A DNA stretch of 47,190 bases from a virus (lineage: Duplodnaviria; Caudoviricetes). Made by a program: the position numbers and the translations under genes. This document shows positions 45,053-47,190 of this stretch, piece after piece. The stretch spans positions 1-47,190 of IMG/VR virus record IMGVR_UViG_3300012348_000256; one strand, 5' to 3'. The notes under the pieces were generated by a model. That model saw only the letters and a list, made by a program, of their open reading frames with translations, did no database searches and was not told where the DNA came from. Position 1 is the first letter of the stretch, and every line of letters begins with the position of its first letter.

Positions 45053-45374
45053 CGATTTCTCCTTTCTGGGTGACGTCAATCTTGACGGGAAGATACAGGT
45101 GCTCGCGGCGATCCCACTTCAGCGCTGTATAGCGGCCATTGTTGAAAAATGCAGCAACAGAGCAGGCCAAGCCTATTGCTACGGGGTCTCCTGCCAAGAG
45201 CAGAAAGTCCTCGTCAGTGTAATTGCGCAGCTTATTGCGCAATGTGCGGATTGTGGGTGCAGTGCTGAACGCAATTTGGTTGTATGTAGGCAGCAAGATT
45301 TTCATCTCGCCAAACCGCATAGCAGGTGTCAAATTGTGATTTGGCATCTCTTGCACGACATAGACTATTGACAT
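45045..45374 (-). CDS. conserved hypothetical protein
   Basis: VYVVQE...A.RFG...DFLLLAGDP...LKWDRR..Y. Confidence 0.65.
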   Translation of the reverse strand: MSIVYVVQEMPNHNLTPAMRFGEMKILLPTYNQIAFSTAPTIRTLRNKLRNYTDEDFLLLAGDPVAIGLACSVAAFFNNGRYTALKWDRREHLYLPVKIDVTQKGEIDE

Positions 45375-45460
45375 GTTTACGCTATCCTTTCTTTAAACGT
45401 GCGTTTAGTGTACACTACTTTCCAGGTTGTCAACAACCTTTTTTAGAAAGACAGAAAGCA

Positions 45461-46915
45461 ATGGACTATTTTTTGAACAACTACCCCTTCAAGAACCAAC
45501 CGTTCACCCACCAAGCTGCTTTTTTGCAGCGTTTTTGGGAGGAACCGGAAGTCGCGGTACTCGCAGAGATGGGCACTGGCAAGAGCTTCATGCTCATCAA
45601 TAATGCTGCGATGCTCTATGACAAGGGCAGGATCAACGCGATGCTTATCGTAGCACCCAAGGGTGTTTATCGCAATTGGTACACATCCGAAATTCCCAAA
45701 CACATGCCAGAGCATATCCCTCTGGCCATGGCCTGTTGGTCGCCGTCCCCGCGCAAGGCAGAGAAGCTGGAGATGGAAAAGATGCTGGCCAGCGTGGACA
45801 GCCTGCGGGTGTTGGTGATGAACATCGAGGCCTTCAGCACAGACAAGGGCATGCTGTTTGCCCGCACGTTTTTGCGTGTGACCAACGCCTTCATGGCCAT
45901 CGATGAGAGCACCACGATCAAGACGCCAGGGGCCAAGCGCACCAAGAGCATCATCAAGGTAGGCAAGGAAGCGAAGTACCGGCGCATCGCCACGGGCTCC
46001 CCCGTCACCAAGAGCCCTCTGGACCTGTACAGCCAGTGCGAATTCCTGGGCAACGGCTGCCTGAACTACCACAGCTTCTATGCCTTCCAAGCGCGGTACG
46101 CGGTCCTCATCGAACGCAAACTGCCGACCCACACATTCAAGCAGATCGTCGGCTACCGGCACTTGGATGAGTTGCAGAAGAAGCTCAACGGCTTTGCCTT
46201 CCGCGTGACCAAGGACGAGTGCTTGGACCTGCCTGACAAGGTGTTCGTGCGCCGCGAGATTGAGCTCACGCCAGAGCAGAAGAAGTACTACGAGCAGATG
46301 AAGCTCATGGCCCTGTCCATGATGGATGATGGCTCGATGATGACCACCAACAACGCGCTCACGCAGATCATGCGGCTGCAGCAGATTTGCTGTGGCCACG
46401 TCAAGCTCGACGATGGCAGGCAAGAGGACATCCCCAGCAACCGCGTCAACGAACTGCTGGCGCAGATAGAAGAGGTGGACGGCAAGGTGATCATCTGGGC
46501 CAACTACCGCCGCGACATCGAGAACATCAAGCTGGCCCTGCAAGAGAAGCACGGCATGACGTCGGTGGCCACATACTTCGGCGACACGGAAGCAGAGACG
46601 CGCCAAGAGATCGTGACCAACTTCCAAGACCCTCAGCATGACCTCCGGTTCTTCGTCGGCAATCCCCGCACCGGTGGCTACGGTCTCACGCTCACAGCAG
46701 CGCGCACCGTGATCTACTACAGCAACAACTTTGACCTGGAGGTACGCTTGCAGTCCGAGGACCGCGCTCACCGCATCGGCCAGACCAACAAGGTGACCTA
46801 CGTCGACTTCATCAGCCCAGGGACCGTGGACGAGCACATCGTCAAGGCCCTGCGCAACAAGATCAACATCGCCAACGCAGTGCTCGGAGAAGAGCTCAAG
46901 GAATGGATCAAATAA
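45461..46915 (+). CDS. SNF2-like SF2 helicase
   Basis: EMGTGKS, IDES, ATGSP, GGYGLTL, QSEDRAHRIGQ. Confidence 0.9.
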   Translation: MDYFLNNYPFKNQPFTHQAAFLQRFWEEPEVAVLAEMGTGKSFMLINNAAMLYDKGRINAMLIVAPKGVYRNWYTSEIPKHMPEHIPLAMACWSPSPRKAEKLEMEKMLASVDSLRVLVMNIEAFSTDKGMLFARTFLRVTNAFMAIDESTTIKTPGAKRTKSIIKVGKEAKYRRIATGSPVTKSPLDLYSQCEFLGNGCLNYHSFYAFQARYAVLIERKLPTHTFKQIVGYRHLDELQKKLNGFAFRVTKDECLDLPDKVFVRREIELTPEQKKYYEQMKLMALSMMDDGSMMTTNNALTQIMRLQQICCGHVKLDDGRQEDIPSNRVNELLAQIEEVDGKVIIWANYRRDIENIKLALQEKHGMTSVATYFGDTEAETRQEIVTNFQDPQHDLRFFVGNPRTGGYGLTLTAARTVIYYSNNFDLEVRLQSEDRAHRIGQTNKVTYVDFISPGTVDEHIVKALRNKINIANAVLGEELKEWIK

Positions 46916-47190
46916 TGCAGCTCGTGCCCATCAGAAACAAGTTCGTCTACCCCACGCTCAAGCGCCTGGACCTGCCCACGGGCCGCGTATATACATTGGA
47001 CGGCAACGACCCCGTGCCAAGCGTCACCACCATCCTGTCCAGCACCAAGGACAAGGCGCATCTGGACGAGTGGGCCAACAGGGTTGGCCAGGAGGAAGCG
47101 GAGCGCATCAAGAACGAAGCGGCCACGGTGGGCACACACATGCACAACTGCGTGGAGCGCCTGCTGCTGAACAGGCCCCTGGAGACGCCG
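46915..47190 (+). CDS. PD-(D/E)XK exonuclease (partial)
   Basis: Read manually from ATG 46915: GRVY...PSVTTILS...W.NRVG.EEA.RI...AATVGTHMH. Confidence 0.7.
   Translation, partial: MQLVPIRNKFVYPTLKRLDLPTGRVYTLDGNDPVPSVTTILSSTKDKAHLDEWANRVGQEEAERIKNEAATVGTHMHNCVERLLLNRPLETP

Noticed and set aside
45407-45433. Minus-strand sigma70 promoter TTGACA...TACACT within a 12-bp palindrome
   Set aside because: The spacer is only 15 nt. A divergent promoter is expected here, but these exact elements are not secure.

Overview
This window is about 47 kb of a tailed dsDNA bacteriophage (Caudoviricetes). It has a podovirus-like morphogenesis module of the type common in aquatic metagenomes; the host is not determinable here, and a proteobacterium is only a guess. 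Layout: (1) 1-22.8 kb, minus strand: large terminase, putative internal virion protein, portal, GroES, scaffold, major capsid protein, connector/tail genes, glycine-rich and repeat-rich tail-fibre genes and a glycosyltransferase. (2) 22.8-26.9 kb, minus strand: a GC-rich, CCWGG-dense repeat region with a parS site, duplicated promoter/RBS units, a Gp88-like gene, a nuclease and the small terminase. (3) 27.2-37.5 kb, plus strand: about 35 translationally coupled mini-genes. (4) 37.5-45.4 kb, minus strand: tRNA-Pro(UGG), family A DNA polymerase, UvrD-like helicase, primase and SSB-like genes. (5) 45.5-47.2 kb, plus strand: SNF2 helicase and an exonuclease. Five free-standing homing-endonuclease-like genes are present. 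Most notable observations: the helicase Walker A motif is interrupted by CCG-TAG-CTA, next to a hairpin and a long-range inverted repeat, which is a candidate ribosomal hop that the phage tRNA-Pro(UGG) could service. Several endonuclease genes begin with a synonymously recoded duplicate of the N-terminus of the gene they precede. A non-structural gene carries a copy of the scaffold's C-terminal motif. All family assignments are by eye from motifs and synteny; no searches were run.
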